Assembly: GCF_009914755.1 (NCBI RefSeq)
Contig: NC_060927.1
Length of the DNA stretch: 64,000 bases
Strand: one strand, 5' to 3'
Source of the DNA: the human T2T-CHM13v2.0 reference genome, Homo sapiens
Shown: in pieces, positions 45,441 to 59,389 of the stretch
How the letters are laid out: every line of letters starts with the position of its first letter
Position numbering within the stretch: position 1 is the stretch's first letter
Program-made: the position numbers and the translations under genes
Notes under the pieces: generated by a model
The model's input: only the letters and a program-made list of their open reading frames with translations
Databases searched by the model: none
Told to the model about the DNA's origin: nothing

Positions 45441-45524
45441 TTATGTCTACATTTAGGTGAACTAGCAAAATCTTTCATCTGATATGTACTAAATTCTTGA
45501 CCATTACGAGGAAAAAAATTATAT
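45441..45524 (-). pseudogene. Candidate fossil exon E12 (84 nt, YNFFPRNGQEFSTYQMKDFASSPKCRH)
   Basis: gccacttcag|; open (inside ORF 45359..45568), phase 2-2; donor gcatgt may be a decayed gtatgt. Confidence 0.45.
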
Positions 45525-45808
45525 CTGAAGTGGCATATTCTAAACCTGATGAATTTCCCACAAATCAAAAAAAAAAAAAAACAAATTTCTCACAAGTTAA
45601 AAAAAGGAGCCTATATTTCAAACTATTACTTGTATTGTAGGCTTCTGAACAATTTTATTATACTCTTCAGTGTTTTCCAGGTTTGTTAAAATAAGCACTT
45701 TAAAAACAGGAAAAAATAAGTTTGAAAAGATAAATTCTAGCACTCTATTCCTACAAGATAAAGAAGTCAGATTACTCTTTTATATCCAATGGAATACATG
45801 AATTAGAC

Positions 45809-45882
45809 TTATAAGATGGTTGGAAACACACCACACCACATTTAATACACATTCCAGAATAAACTTCAAATAAAAATATGAG
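45809..45882 (-). pseudogene. Candidate fossil exon E11 (74 nt, LIFLFEVYSGMCIKCGVVCFQPSY)
   Basis: ggtcaacag| acceptor; open, phase 0-2; donor gtctaa weak and uncertain. Confidence 0.4.
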
Positions 45883-46074
45883 CTGTTGACCAATAGCAGT
45901 ATTATAAATTTAAAATGGGGAGCTTTTTTTAAATCACATATTAAAAAAGAAGAATTGGGAACCATGTGGAAGCAAAGAGCAATTTAATATACATACACAA
46001 GTTTAGGGATTTTTTTTTTAAAGAGAAATTGAGAGTCAGGCATTAAAGGTATACAAAATTTGTGTCTCAATATA

Positions 46075-47975
46075 TTACCAATTAAATATTGAAATGTAAA
46101 ATTGAAAGCACAACACCTACACTAAAACCAAAAAATTAAATAAATTCTTCATATAAAATCTAACAAAATATGTATAAGATCTATTATGAAGAAAACTACA
46201 AAACTCTGATCAAAGGTATCAAAAAAGAACTAAATAAACTGAGAGATATTCCATGTTCATGGATAGTAAGACTCAATACTATCAAAATATTACTTCTTCC
46301 CAATTTAATTTTTAGATTCAACATAATCCCAATCAAAATCCCACAAAGTTATTTTGTGGATATTCACAAACTGATTCTAAAGTTTATATGGAGAGGCAAA
46401 AGATCTAGAATAGGAAACACAATATTGAAGAAAGAGTCAGAATGCTGACACTACCCAACCCCAAGGCTTACTATATAGCTACATGAGTCAAGGTACTGTG
46501 GTATTTGCAAACATACAACTTAGATCAATGGAACAGAAGAGAGAGGCCAGAAATTGACCCACATAAGTACAGTCAACTGTTCTTTGACAAAGAAGTAAAG
46601 GCAATACAATAGAGCAAAAGTCTTTTCAACAAATAGTCCAATAACTGAACATCCACATGAAAAAAAATCTAGACACTGACATTAAATTCACAAAATTTAA
46701 CTCAAAATAAATCATAGACCTAAATGTACAATGCAAAACTGTAAAACTTTTAGAAGATAAATAGGAGAACATCTAGTTGATCTTGGGTTTGGCAATAAGG
46801 TCTTAGATATAACACCACAAGCCAGATTTATGAAAGAAATAATTGACGTTAGAGTTTATTAAAATTAAAACTTCCATATTTGTGAAAGACAAATCACAGA
46901 CTAGAAGAAAATATTTGCTAAACACATTTCTGATATTCGACCGTCATCCAAAATACACCAAAAACTATTAAAACTCAAGAAGAAAAACAACTTGATTAAA
47001 ATGTGAGCAAAAGATCTGAACAGACATCTCACCAAAGAAATGCAGATGAAAAACCTGCATAGAAAATGATCAACATAATATGCCATTAGAGAATTGCAAA
47101 TTAAAACAATGAGATATCACTAAACATCTATTGGAACGGCTAAAACTCAAAATACTGGCAACAACAATTGCCGTCAAGGATGTGGAGAAATACAAACTCT
47201 CACTCATTGCTGGTGGGAATGCAAAATGCTATTTGGCACTTTCTTAAAAAATTAAACATACACTTACCATATGATCTAGCAATCATACTCATTGGTATTT
47301 CATTGAAAATTATGTTCCACAAAATCCTACACATAAATGTTTATAGCAGCCCAATTTATAATTGCAAAAAAATTGGAGGCAACGACGATGTCTTTAAGTA
47401 GGTGAATGCATGAACAAATTTCTACATCCATACAATGGAAGATTATTCAGCACTAAAGAGAAGTGAGCTATTAATCATGAAACTATACAGGGAAACCTTA
47501 AGTGCATACTGCTAAATGAAATAAACCAGTCTAAACAGCTATATCCCGTATGATTCCAACTATATGACATTCTGGAAATGGCAAAACTATAGATACCGTA
47601 AAAAAGATGCCAGGGTTTGGAAATGGGGAGGGATAAACAGGTAGAGTACAGAGGATTTCTATGGCAGTGAAAGTAATTTGTATGATATTATGATGGTGGG
47701 CACATAACATCATGCATTTGTCAAAATCCATTAAATGTACACCCAGTGAACCCTAATGTACTATAGTTATAATAATGCATCAATATTGGTTCATTAGTTG
47801 TAACAAATGTACCACCATAGTTAATAATGGGGAAAAGTGGGGAGGAGAAGGGTGAATGGGCATACAGGAACTCTACTTTCTCCCCAGGTTTTTTTTTTGT
47901 TTGTTTTTTGTTTGTTTGTTTTTTGTAAACTTAAAACTGCTACAATAATTAAAGGCTATTGTTTTAGTTAAATCC
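46075..47975 (+). mobile_element. Old L1 (L1MC/MD-like) ORF2 3' part and 3' UTR
   Basis: ORF 46170..46448 (ENYKTLIKGIKKELNKLRDIPCSW) resembles ORF2p; L1M 3' UTR motifs. Confidence 0.9.
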
Positions 47976-48025
47976 ATTTATTTCTAAAATTTAAAACAGG
48001 AAACATAAAACAACTAAGTTTAAGA

Positions 48026-48177
48026 AGCTGAGTGTGGTGATATGAGCCTATAATCCCAGCAACTTGGGAGGCTGAGGTGGGAAAATTGCTTGAGCTCAGA
48101 AGTTTAAGGTTAGCCTGGGAAACATAGTGAGCACGCCCCTACTAAAAAACAAAACAAAACAAAACAACAACAAAAAC
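48026..48177 (+). mobile_element. Alu monomer (FLAM-like)
   Basis: Single Alu arm, (CAAAA)n tail, TSD actaagtttaa. Confidence 0.85.
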
Positions 48178-48292
48178 ACTAAGTTTAACAAATATTATGT
48201 TTGCAAGTGTCAGGTGACAGGCATGTTTCATTTTTTTCAATATTACCTGTCTAGTGAAATCAAAGATAAATATGTAGCTGAATTTTACTTAC

Positions 48293-48372
48293 TGTGAACA
48301 ATCAGGTGGTTTGAATTTCTCTTTTCAGCAGTAGAAACAAACGTTTTGGAAATCAATATGGATTTTTAAAAA
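48293..48372 (-). pseudogene. Fossil exon E10 (80 nt, FKNPY*FPKRLFLLLKREIQTT*LFT)
   Basis: Atypical gag acceptor after a T tract; ACA|gtaagt; phase 1-0; two TGA. Confidence 0.55.
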
Positions 48373-48763
48373 CTCCAAAAAACATTAATTTGTATTTATT
48401 AATATTATGTCTTCATTATTATATTGTCAGAACAAAAGGATTCAGGTTATTTATAAAATTTTTAAAATGTGTGTTTTTATCTAGGAATATAGTCATTTTA
48501 AAATTAATGCTACTGTCAGGATGAAGGCAGGGAGCTCTGATACTTTTCAAACCACCTATTCTAGCACTTGAGATCTCTGCAGAATTTGGGCCTATACTGT
48601 CATGAGAACTTGGGATTTCAATAGATCTGCTCGTGGTTTCAATCTCTAGTTGGTCTGCAAAGAAATTAACTCTGTGCTACTGCCCAAAACTATCCCCCAA
48701 CTTTCAAGGTTTCCTGCCTTGAAAACATGCACATTTTGTCCTCAAAAGAGTACAGAAAGGTAC

Positions 48764-48787
48764 CTATAAAACCTGCACTGCTATGGT
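48764..48787 (-). pseudogene. Fossil exon E9 (24 nt, HSSAGFI)
   Basis: ggtcattttag| ... TAG|gtacct; open, phase 1-1. Confidence 0.45.
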
Positions 48788-49023
48788 CTAAAATGACCAA
48801 AAAGATGCCTTGCCTATAATCTCCGTATATGCAAGACTGAACATTACATTACATGGAAGTATTCTGTAACCAAGAGTCTTTGCCTTTAAAACAAAATATT
48901 TTTTTTTCCTTAGAGGATAGCTATTTGGGGACTTAGCAAAACTGGACAACTCTCAGAAACAAGTTTTTCTTCAGTAGAACACACACTAGGGTTTGTGCCT
49001 CTTTTCTTTGTTCAGTTTTATAC

Positions 49024-49167
49024 ATGTATAAAGGAAAGACAAAAAACAAGAGGGTCTTTCATTTTTCCACAGTTCCCTTTCTTGGGTGCCATTCCTCTCA
49101 TTGTTCATAGATGAATATTCAGCGTATTCTTCTCACACAGAACACTTGGCCAGTTTTTTCTTTTGCT
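49024..49167 (-). pseudogene. Fossil exon E8 (144 nt, QKKKLAKCSV*EEYAEYSSMNNERNGTQERELWKNERPSCFLSFLYT)
   Basis: ccctttaatatag| ... CAT|gtataa; phase 1-1; one TGA; donor weak. Confidence 0.55.
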
Positions 49168-49599
49168 CTATATTAAAGGGCATAATATTTCTTTAACTGA
49201 GGAAGACATATTTATAATATAATTTTGGATTAAGATTTTTATTTACAAATCATTTCATAGAAAGTTTCTCTAAATTTTTAGCAAGAGATATTTGGCTATA
49301 ATTGGTCAGATTTATCTGTCTTCATTTCAAGGATCTCTATGGTACTGAAATTTCTGTTTAAAGAATTTTAAGTAAGTTCATTTATATACAGTTCATGCAA
49401 CTTATTTACTTATCCCCCTTCAACATGCCAGCCATTTCTTTCCAAATGTTAAACAGAGTTACTAAAAGTTATGTGTGTGTATGAGTGTGTGTATGTGTGT
49501 GTGTGGGCCTGTTTATGAAGGAGAAGCAGAGACAGAGGGAAAGTGGGTAGTCATTGTATTCAAGCCAACAACCCCATTTCAAAGGAGAGGGATTCTTAC

Positions 49600-49625
49600 C
49601 CTGAAAATTTGTTTTCAATTCTTCA
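49600..49625 (-). pseudogene. Fossil exon E7 (26 nt, EELKTNFQ)
   Basis: Weak aag acceptor, AGG|gtaaga donor; open, phase 2-1. Confidence 0.6.
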
Positions 49626-50149
49626 CTTTTAAATTAATACATTTAGAAAAGGTTTAATAGAATGTGGCTGAACCTCAATTAAATAAAAATTTCCACCTCT
49701 TGATTTTATTTTTTTGTTGTAATTAATTGGTCATTGGGTTTATCTGTATACATTTTATCTGTATTTGTATTTATTGTATGTGTATTTGTATTTATTTGTA
49801 TAAATTTATCTGTATAAATTTTTAATGACCCCAAATATATCATGAAAACATTTAAATGTTTTCCTTTATCTAGGAAATTATACACATGTTTGAAAACCAA
49901 ACAGTTTATATCTGACTAGATGTTTAGTTGCTATTACTATTTTGAACTTGGAATGGACATTATTTTAAAATAAGTTATTTGTAAAGAACTGAGATTTACT
50001 GCATCCTACCTTATGTCAGGTACTCATGTCTTGTCTCAAATCATGTTCTGAACATCTCTTTGCATTAATATAATTAATCCCAGTTTACAGAAGACAAAAT
50101 TAAGAACCAAAGAGAGAGAGTAGGTAACAATCAAGGTGATTCAGGACTT

Positions 50150-50870
50150 AACTGACAAATCTATCAACTTCTCTCTACCTCTACTGCTGCCTTCTTAGTT
50201 GAGGTCACTGTGATTTCCATCCTGGACCACTGAACCACTGTATTCACCTTCTAACTGGATTCCTCACTAACTGCCTTGATAATTCCAATCCATTCTGCAC
50301 CAGAAGCAGGTTTATTATGGGACTGTGTCATACTTCCCTGGCTTCCCATTTCATTTAGGGCAAAATTCTATGAGGTCTGTCTCTCCATTTCTCTTTAACT
50401 TCATTTCAATCTACTCTCTTTTTAGCTCACAGCATTCTACCCACGTTAATGTCCTTTTTGTTCCTAGACATTGCCAAATGTTTTTTTTTCTTTTTTCTTT
50501 TTTGTTATTGCTTTCTGATCTACTATAAAATGCTTTTCTTCTATGGAGGCTTCAAACATCCTATTCCTTGCCCTGGATTTCTGCATCACTGGATCCTTCT
50601 TATCATTTGAGTCTCAACAGAAACACCACCTCTTAAAATGGTCACCCTCTGATTCTTGCCCAGACCTTTGTTAGTTACTGTCAGAAAAAAATAACTTCTT
50701 TATGTACAATGAACTAGTTTGCTTGTTTGTTTGTTTGTTTATCATCTATTCCTCCACTCCCTCTCCATTCCCCCTCCATAGTAGGACAGGAATATTCTAT
50801 TTTATTTACTACCCTCATATAGTTTCTAGCACTTCGGGTACTGAATAAATATTTGCTGGATGAATGAAGT
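50150..50870 (+). mobile_element. L2 fragment
   Basis: Pyrimidine-rich L2 body ending aataaatatttgctggatgaatgaa. Confidence 0.65.
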
Positions 50871-51657
50871 CTTTGTTTTCTCCACTCTAAAATGTGCTCA
50901 TATTAATTAAATATAGTCATAAAATTTATCCAGTTGGATATATATATATATATATATAACCATTTGTCCTTAGTAAAGCTTGAAATATGTGAAATCATGG
51001 CACTTCTTTTTTTTCCCCTGAATATTATTTCTTGGTCAGAACATTATCTTCCTCCTTGGCAAAAATATATTGTGCCTTTATGTTTTAGCAAAGTATCTCA
51101 AAGAATCATATAACCGTAGCAAAATGGAGCTGAAGGGCACCTTAGAGCCCACCTACCCCTATCATGCACCTGGCACCTGAGCCTCTTCTACAGCATCAAG
51201 TGGCCACTGAGACATACCAGGCTGGAGGAACTAAGTACCTTTTAAGGCAACACATCTAATTCTTAGTGTTTTAATAGCCTAATATTTGTTTAGCGTTTTG
51301 GTACTAATACATTCCAAGTTTCTGCTGTCTACTGACTTTTCACTATTTGTTCCCTTAGATATTCATTTGAAATCTTTTTAGTTTAACCTGATTTAGCTGT
51401 TTCTTTTTATTAAAAAAAACTCGAGGTAACTTCTTTTCTGATTTAATGTAGCAATACCAGAAAATCCCTTTTGAGTTTAGTCTTTCAGATTGTTAGTAAA
51501 CTTAATGATGAGAATAGGAGTATTTGTTATTTTTCTGCAAAATAGTTCTATCTATATTTCTTTCTACTTCTCATTGTGCAAAGTCTGTTCTTTCATTAAG
51601 ACACTGTAATTACATTATAGTCAGTATGTTTTAAGTAAAATTCTGAGATTCCTTTAC

Positions 51658-51815
51658 TTTTTCTTGAGTCGTCTAAAAAAATATGTTTTGATAAAATCAA
51701 GTGAAATATCCTTTATGACTTCAACTTCTTCTGGAAATACTTGTCCTCTATATATTTTATCACTTAATTTGCCAATTATGTCTACTCCTTTTGAATAAGG
51801 AGGAAATACCATTTT
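51658..51815 (-). pseudogene. Fossil exon E6 (158 nt, KMVFPPYSKGVDIIGKLSDKIYRGQVFPEEVEVIKDISLDFIKTYFFRRLKK)
   Basis: Very strong ~30-nt polypyrimidine acceptor ...tttatttcag|; AAA|gtaaag; 52 open codons, phase 0-2. Confidence 0.8.
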
Positions 51816-52089
51816 CTGAAATAAAAAAAAGAGAAAGAGAAAAAACAGAAATTAGAGAATATTTTAAACAATGTGTTTTATGTGTTTTTTAAATGTCATC
51901 AAACTCATTCTTCAGGACTTTACTCATAATAAGCTGTTCAATGAATACTTATTTAACAATCGCTCTGTGTTCTATTACTTATCCCTTTTTCTCACTTATA
52001 TGCTCAACTTTTTATTCTTTATAAGTTCTTTCTTCTTAGCATATAAACATGCATGATTATCTCCCATCAAATATACATAAAAATAAGCA

Positions 52090-52830
52090 TACAATAGAAA
52101 AGAAAGAAAATCCTTTTTTGAAGATTTGCTCTGTTACCACTTTCTTCTCTATTATTTCTAGTCAAATCTTTGAAGAGAGTTTTTACTTCTTTACCCCTCA
52201 TCCTGTTTACAGTCCACTGAAAACTGACTTCTGCCCTTATAACATAATTTAATTATTCCCACCAAGATCGCAAATCACAAGACGGTCAAATCCAATTGAA
52301 TATATTTTGACTTGACCTTACTTTATATCTCAGATGTTTTGACATTCTTGACAACTCCTTTCTTTCAAAAACACTGTCCTCTCACTGGCTTCATACTTTT
52401 TGGCTCTTCTCCTGCCCTTTTCTCTTCCTTTGCAGGCTCTTCTGCTTCTTCTTGACCCTATATATGGGTTCTTCTTCTGCTTTCCAACAGTCTCTTGCTC
52501 TCACATCATCCTTTTCCTTGAGTGATTATATTCACATCTTCAACTTCAAACATCACCTTTATTTTGATGACTCTCAAGTCTGTAGCTCCTGCCCTTATCA
52601 CAGCTCTTCTATATCTCTCCAGTTGTATACATACTGCTGACTATGGAATATCTTTAGCTGAATGCCCCATAGATACTTCAACTTATGACATATCAAACTG
52701 CAGTTTTTAAATCTTCACTCCAAAATGATATTTTTCTGTTATTCCCGTCTCTTTTAATGGCACTGTCATCCACCAAGGGGATTTGGAAGAACCTTGAGTT
52801 CAAGCCCTTTCCTTTGTTTCCCTACAGTTG
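52090..52830 (+). mobile_element. L2 ORF2 fragment
   Basis: ccactgaaaactgacttctgccc...tgatgactctcaagtctgtagctcc. Confidence 0.6.
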
Positions 52831-53188
52831 CCCTGTAATCTGTATGCTGAGGGTTAAAGGCAGGGCTAGGAGAAAATATGTTTCTATTAGATGAGATGTA
52901 TCATCAATATTCAACTGGTATTAGAAAAATAACCATAAAAATGCTCCTGATAATAAGCAGCTAAAACATAAAGAACATCTTTTTGTAAGTAATCGTGAAC
53001 AATGTTTGAGAGATAGAAGGATCATTCAATAATCTAAAAATTCTAAACATAATTTTACATATGAAAAAACAGTCCTAGAGAGGAAAGATAAATGTCTAAT
53101 ATAAAAGTAACTTAATGAAAAAGTGTGGACTAAAATCTAGATCCACTTCTGTAAGTTTTGTATTTCCTTGGTATTAGAAGTAACTTAC

Positions 53189-53289
53189 TCCTCCCTGTCC
53201 CTGATCTATGTAATGGCAAACATTTTTTCTTGGTAGGAGATAAATCAGGTCATTACAAGCATAGAAAGCAAGATTTAAACAAAGTATAT
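53189..53289 (-). pseudogene. Fossil exon E5 (101 nt, ILCLNLAFYACNDLIYLLPRKNVCHYIDQGQGG)
   Basis: tttgtattacag| ... GGA|gtaagt; fully open, phase 1-0. Confidence 0.7.
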
Positions 53290-54053
53290 CTGTAATACAA
53301 ATTTCTGCTAGTAGAATGTACCTACATTTTAAAAAGTGAGAGTTCTTTCTCAGCTGCTTTCTAAGTAATTTACACTATTTATGCTCCCACCAATCCTGTA
53401 TATTTCCTATATGCTCACAAACCATGAATATTATCTAATTTGTAAAACCTTGTCAATCTGATAAGGAAACTTAGTATGTGTGTATGTAAGATTGAATATT
53501 TTTATACGTTATTGGACACATATTTTTATGAATTATGTTTTTAGATCCTTTGAACATTATCTACTGGGTTATTTATATTTCTTGTTCTTGAATTTTCTTC
53601 TGTTTCTTGGATAATGTTTTCTTCTGGAATGTATTCTTCAAATTTTTTTAATGCTATATATTTTTGTTCTGTATTATTTTTACAGTTATGTCATCTCATT
53701 TGAATGTACAATCACTATATAGCCCTTAATCTATATGGTTAAAAATTGTGTGAGTAAAAACTCTTTGCCACTCTCCCCACCCCATCTGAATTCAGATTGA
53801 CTTATCCTGTAAGCTTTTATTCCAGGACTAAAATTTTGCTTTAACAAAGCCAATAAGCCCAGGTGCTTAGTTTCTCCTACATACCTATTCTCCCAACAAT
53901 GCTTTCTCATCCCCTTTCAGGCAGTGAGAATAAATCCAGTAAAATAATTACGTTCTATCACATTATTAGTCCAGAGCTGGCAAGTAGAGGTTACATATGT
54001 GCATGTTCATGTGCCTCTACACCAGCTTCCTCTTCCTGAGACGACTAGGTATT

Positions 54054-54425
54054 TACTGTGATTTGAATGTATCCCTCAAAGTTCATGTGTTGGAAACTCA
54101 ATCTCCAATGCAACAGTGTTGAAAGGTGGGACTTTTGAGAGATGATTAGGTCATGAGGGCTCCACACTCTTGAATGGATTAATGTTATCACAGCAGTAGC
54201 TTTGTTATAAAAGCAAGTTTGGCTCTTTCTTGCTCCCCATTTGATGAGCTCTTTCACCATGTGATGCCTTCTACCACGTTGGGATACAGAAAAAAGGCCC
54301 TCACTAGATGCCCAACACCCTTTTATAGGGCTTCACAGCCTCGAGAACAGTGAGCAATAAATTTTTCTTTATACATTACCCAGTCTGTGGTATTCTGTTA
54401 TGGCAACACAAAATAAACTAAGACA
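54054..54425 (+). mobile_element. MaLR solo LTR (MST-type)
   Basis: MST-like start (tttgaatgtatccctcaaagttcatgtgttggaaact), AATAAA, CA end, 5-bp TSD gtatt. Confidence 0.9.
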
Positions 54426-54644
54426 GTATTATGTATTTTTTCTTTTGTTTTACATTTTACTAAGTGCCGACTTATTCGAAAAGGTAATTAGCTTTGGTTA
54501 ATTATCAAAGTTTTGTCTTTCCTTTCCTACTTTTGTCCCACTAAGCAAAAAACAAAACAATGAGCATTGACCTTTACCTTTCTCTGGTAAGGGAGTATGG
54601 AAGGTTTTCTACTACTTTGTAAAAATACTGCTACAGATGGTACT

Positions 54645-57600
54645 TCTGGACCCATGTGGAACCTGGGGGTCCTTGCTGTCCTGAAGAGAAGTACACAGGC
54701 CTGGCTGGCTTTTCCACTTACTGATTGTAGAATCTCAGGCATTGAGCAAATATAGGCAGTAGCCAGGGAGCAGTTACATCAGGCCTTAGGTGAAACCCAC
54801 TGCTGTGCTGGCTTCAGGTCTGACCCAACACAGTCATAGTGGTGATGGCCACAAGGGAGCTTGGGTTACTCCACCCTGCAAAGGAGCTTGGGTCACTCTG
54901 AGCTTTGCATAGCTTAGAGCAGAGAAAGAAGGACTCTGTATTCTTGGGAGAAAACAAGGAAAGAGAACAAGAGTCTCTGCCTGGTAATCAAGAGAATTCT
55001 CCCAGATCTTAGCCAAGACCATAAAGCTTATACCTCTATAAATCAGCAAGAACCACAGTGTTATTAGGCTTGGGATGCCCCTAAAGTAGATATTTCTTAG
55101 ATCACAACATTCAGGTCTTTTCAAATATCTGGAACATCTTTCCAAGAAGGGCGGCTACAAATAAACCCAGAAGGTGAAGACTACAATAAACACATAACTC
55201 TTCAATGCCTGGACAAACATCTATAAGCATCAACACCATCCAGGGAAATGACATGACATCCCCGTATGAACTAAATAAGGCACCAGGGACCAATGCTGGA
55301 GAAGCAGAGATATGTGTGACCTTTCAGACAGAGAATTCAAAATACCTGTGTTGAGGAAACTCAATTAATTTCAAGATAACACAGAGAAGGAATTCAGAAT
55401 TTTATCAGATAAATTTAACAAAGAGAATAAAGTAATTAAAAAGAGGCAGGCAGAAATTCTGGAGCTTTAACATACAATTGGCCTACTAAAGAATGTCTCA
55501 GAGTCCTTTAACAGCAGAATGGATCAAGCGGAAGAAAGAATCAGTGAGCTTGAAGACAGGCTATTTGAAAATATACAATCAGATGAGACAAAAGAAAAAA
55601 GAATAAAAAACAATGAAGCACACCTACAGGATCTAAAAAATAGCTTCAAACAGGAAACCTGATTATTGGCCTTAAAGAGGAGGAAGAGAAAGAGACAGGG
55701 GTAGAAAGTTTATCCGAAGGAATAATAACAGAGAACTTCCCAACCCTAGAGAAATATATCAATATTCCAAGTACGAGAAGGTTATAGAATGCCAAGCAGA
55801 TTTAACCCAAAGAAGACTACCTCAGGGCATTTAATAATCAAACTCCCAAAGATCAAGGATAAAAAAGGATCCTAAAAGCACCAAAAGAAATGTAACAAAT
55901 AACATACAATGGATCTCCAACACATCTGGCAGCAGACTTTTCACTGGAAACTTTATAGGCCAGCAGAGAGTGGCAGGTAATATTTAAAGTACTGAAGGAA
56001 AAAATCTTTTACCCTAGAATAGCATATCTGGTGAAAATATCCTTCAAACATGAAGGAGAAATGAAGACTTTCCCAGACAAACAAAAGCTGAGGGATTTCA
56101 TCAACACCAGACCTGTTCTACAAGAAATGCTAAAGGGAGTACTTCAATCAAATAAAAAAGGATGTTAATGAGCAATAAAAAAATCATCTAACAGTACAAA
56201 ACTCACTGGTAATAGTAAATACACAGAACAACACAGAACATTTTAATACTGTAACTGCAGTGTATAAACTGCTATCTCTTAAGTACAAAGAGTAAATGAT
56301 GAACCGATAAAAAAAATAAATACAACTTTTTGAGACATAGTACAGTAAGATACAAGTACAAATAATAAAAAGTTTAAAAGCTAGTGGACAAGGTTAATGT
56401 GTAGAGTTTTTCTTAGTTTTCTATTTGCCTGTTTGTTTGTTCATGCAAACAGTGTTAAGTTGTTGTCACCTTAAAATAATTGCTTATAAGATAGTAGATG
56501 CAAGCTTTGTGGTAACTTAAACTTTAAAAAAATACAATGGATACACAAAAAGTAAAAAGCAAGAAATTAATCATATCACCAGAGAAAATCATCTTCACGA
56601 AAAGAAAAGAGGAAGAAAGGAAAGAAGGAAGAGAAGACCACAAAACAACCAGGAAACAAAAAACAAAATGGCGGGAGTAAGTTCTTACTTATCAAGAATA
56701 CATTGAATGTAAATGAACTAAACTCTCCAATCAAAAGACACAAAGTGGATGAATGAACAAACAAACAAAAAAGATCCAATGATCTGTTGCCTATAAGAAC
56801 ACACAATACCTATAAAGACACATACAGACTGAAAATAAAAGGATGGGAAAAGATATTCCATGCCAATGGAAACTAAAAAAGAGCAGGAGTTGCTACACTT
56901 AGACCAGGCAAAATAGATTCCAAGGATGAAAACTATAAGAAGAGACAAAGAAGGTCACCACATAATGATAAAGGGGTTGATTGAGCACAAGGATATAACA
57001 ATTGTAATATAGGTACCCAACACTAGAGTATCCAGATTTACAAAGCAAACATTTTTATAGCTAAAGATAGAGATAGACCCCAATACTATAATAGTTGGAG
57101 ACTTTAACACCCCACTTTCAGCATTGGACAGATCTTCCAGACAGAAAATCCATAAAGAAACTTCAGATTTAATCTGTGCTATAGACCAAATGGATCTAAT
57201 AGATATTTACAGAACATTTCATCCAACAGCTGCAGAATAAACATTCTTTTCCTCAGCACATAGTTCATACTCAAGGATAGACCATACGTCGGGTCACAAA
57301 ACAAGTCTTAAGACATTCAAAAAATTGAAATATTATCAAGCACCTTTTCTGACCACAATGGAATAAAGCCAGAAATGAATACCAAGAGGAATTCTGGAAA
57401 CTATACAAACACATGGAAATTAAACAATATGTTCCAGAATGACAAGTGGTAAATGAGTAAATTAAGAAGGAAACTTAAAGATTTATTGGAACAAATGATA
57501 GTAAAAACACAACATGCCAAAATCTATGGGATACAGCAAAAGCAGTACTAAGAGGGAAGTTTATAGCTTTAAGTACTTACATGAAAAAATAGAAAAACTT

Positions 57601-59070
57601 CAAATAAACAACCCAGTGATGCATATTAAAGAACTTCAAAAGCAAGAGCAAATCAAACACAAAATTAGTGGAAGAAAATAAATAATAAAGATTAGAGATA
57701 AATGAGTAGAAAATGAAGAAAATAATACAAAAGATCGCTAAACAAAAAGTTGTTTTTTAAAAAAAGGTAAACAAAATTGACAAACTTTTAGACCCAAATA
57801 AGTAAAATCAGAGATGTAAAAGGAGACATCACAACTGATACCGCAGAATTTAAAGGATCGTTAGTGGCTGCTATAAATAGCTATATAGAAAGAAATAGAA
57901 AAATTTGGAAGAAATGGATAAATTGCTAGACACATGCAAGCTACTAAAATTGAACCAGGAACATATCCAAAACCTGAGCAGACCAATAACAAGTAATGAG
58001 ATCAAAACCATAATAGGAAGTCTCTTAGCAAATAAAAGCCCACTACCTGATGGCTTCCCTGCTGAATTTTACCAAACCTTTAAAGAACACCCAATCCTAC
58101 TCAAATACTCTGAAAAACAGAGGAGGAGGAAATACATTCTAACTCATTCTATATTTGACAGTATTACCCTAATGTTCAAATCAGAAAAAGGCACAACAAA
58201 GACACATTTCGGATCAAATGGCTTTGATCCAAAAGACAGTAACAAATGCTGGCAAGGACATGGAGAAAAGGGAACCCTTGTACACTATTGGTGGAAATGT
58301 ATATTAGTACAACCACTATGGAGAACAGTTTGGAAGTTCCTCAAAAAACTAAAAACATCTACCATAAGATCCAGCAATCCCTATATGTGTGTGTGTGTGT
58401 GTGTGTGTGTACACTAAAAAGAAAGGAAATGAGTATATTGAAGATATATCTGCACTCCTATGTTTATTGCAGTGATATTTATAATAGCAACCTAAGTATC
58501 CATCAACAGATGGATAAAGAAAATGCAGTATTTAAACAGAATGCAGTACTATTCAGCCATAAACAGAATGAGATCCTGTCATTTAAAACAACATTGATAA
58601 ACTGGAAATTATTAGGTTAAGTGAAATAAGCTAGGCACAGAAAGACAAACTTGATATGTTTGAACTTATTTGTGGAAGCTAAAATTAAAATAATTGAACC
58701 ATAGAGATAAAGAGAAGGATGGCTATCAGAGGTTGGGAAAGATAGTTGTTTGGGGTAGGGGGAGAAGTGGGGATGGTTAATGGGTTAAAAATAGTTAGAA
58801 AGATTAAATAATACCTAGTATTTGCTAGCACAATGGAATGGCTATAGTCAAAAATAATTTAATTGTACATTTTAAAAAAACTAAAAGTGTACAATTGGAT
58901 TGTTTGTACTACAAAGGATAAATGCTTGAAGTGGTGGATACTCGATACTCCATTTACTCTTATGTGATTATTACTCATTGCATGCCTCTATCAAAATACC
59001 TCATGTACCCCATAAATATATATACCTACTAAGTATCCACAAAAATTAAAAATAAAAATAATAAATAAAT
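54645..59070 (+). mobile_element. L1MA-like element: partial 5' UTR, ORF1, ORF2 EN, large internal deletion, 3' UTR
   Basis: Decayed ORF1 ~55250-56170; ORF2 from ~56668; ORF 57905..58417 fuses pre-RT sequence to the C-terminal CWQGHGEKGTLVHYWW motif; A-rich tail; 5' edge uncertain. Confidence 0.9.
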
Positions 59071-59389
59071 ATTTTTATTGAGTTTTTTTCTGTGAATTAT
59101 ACAATCTCCTAGGCTCTTAGTCTGCTAGGAGATGTAGCGATGAACCAAAAAGTGCTCTTATGGATCTTAGGGTATACTAGTTAACGTAGAAGGGTTGCTC
59201 TAAATTTCAAAGTGTCTGTTTATCAAAGCATCTATGATTATCGGTGTCTTTTTTGTTTTTTGTTTCCTTATTGTTTGTTTTTCATTTGAGTACTTTTCTC
59301 ATTAAAACACTAGCTTAAGCAACATGTCAAGGAGAAAGACAAGACAATACAAAAGACAACAAAACAAGCTCTTCACTGCATTGCCTCAC

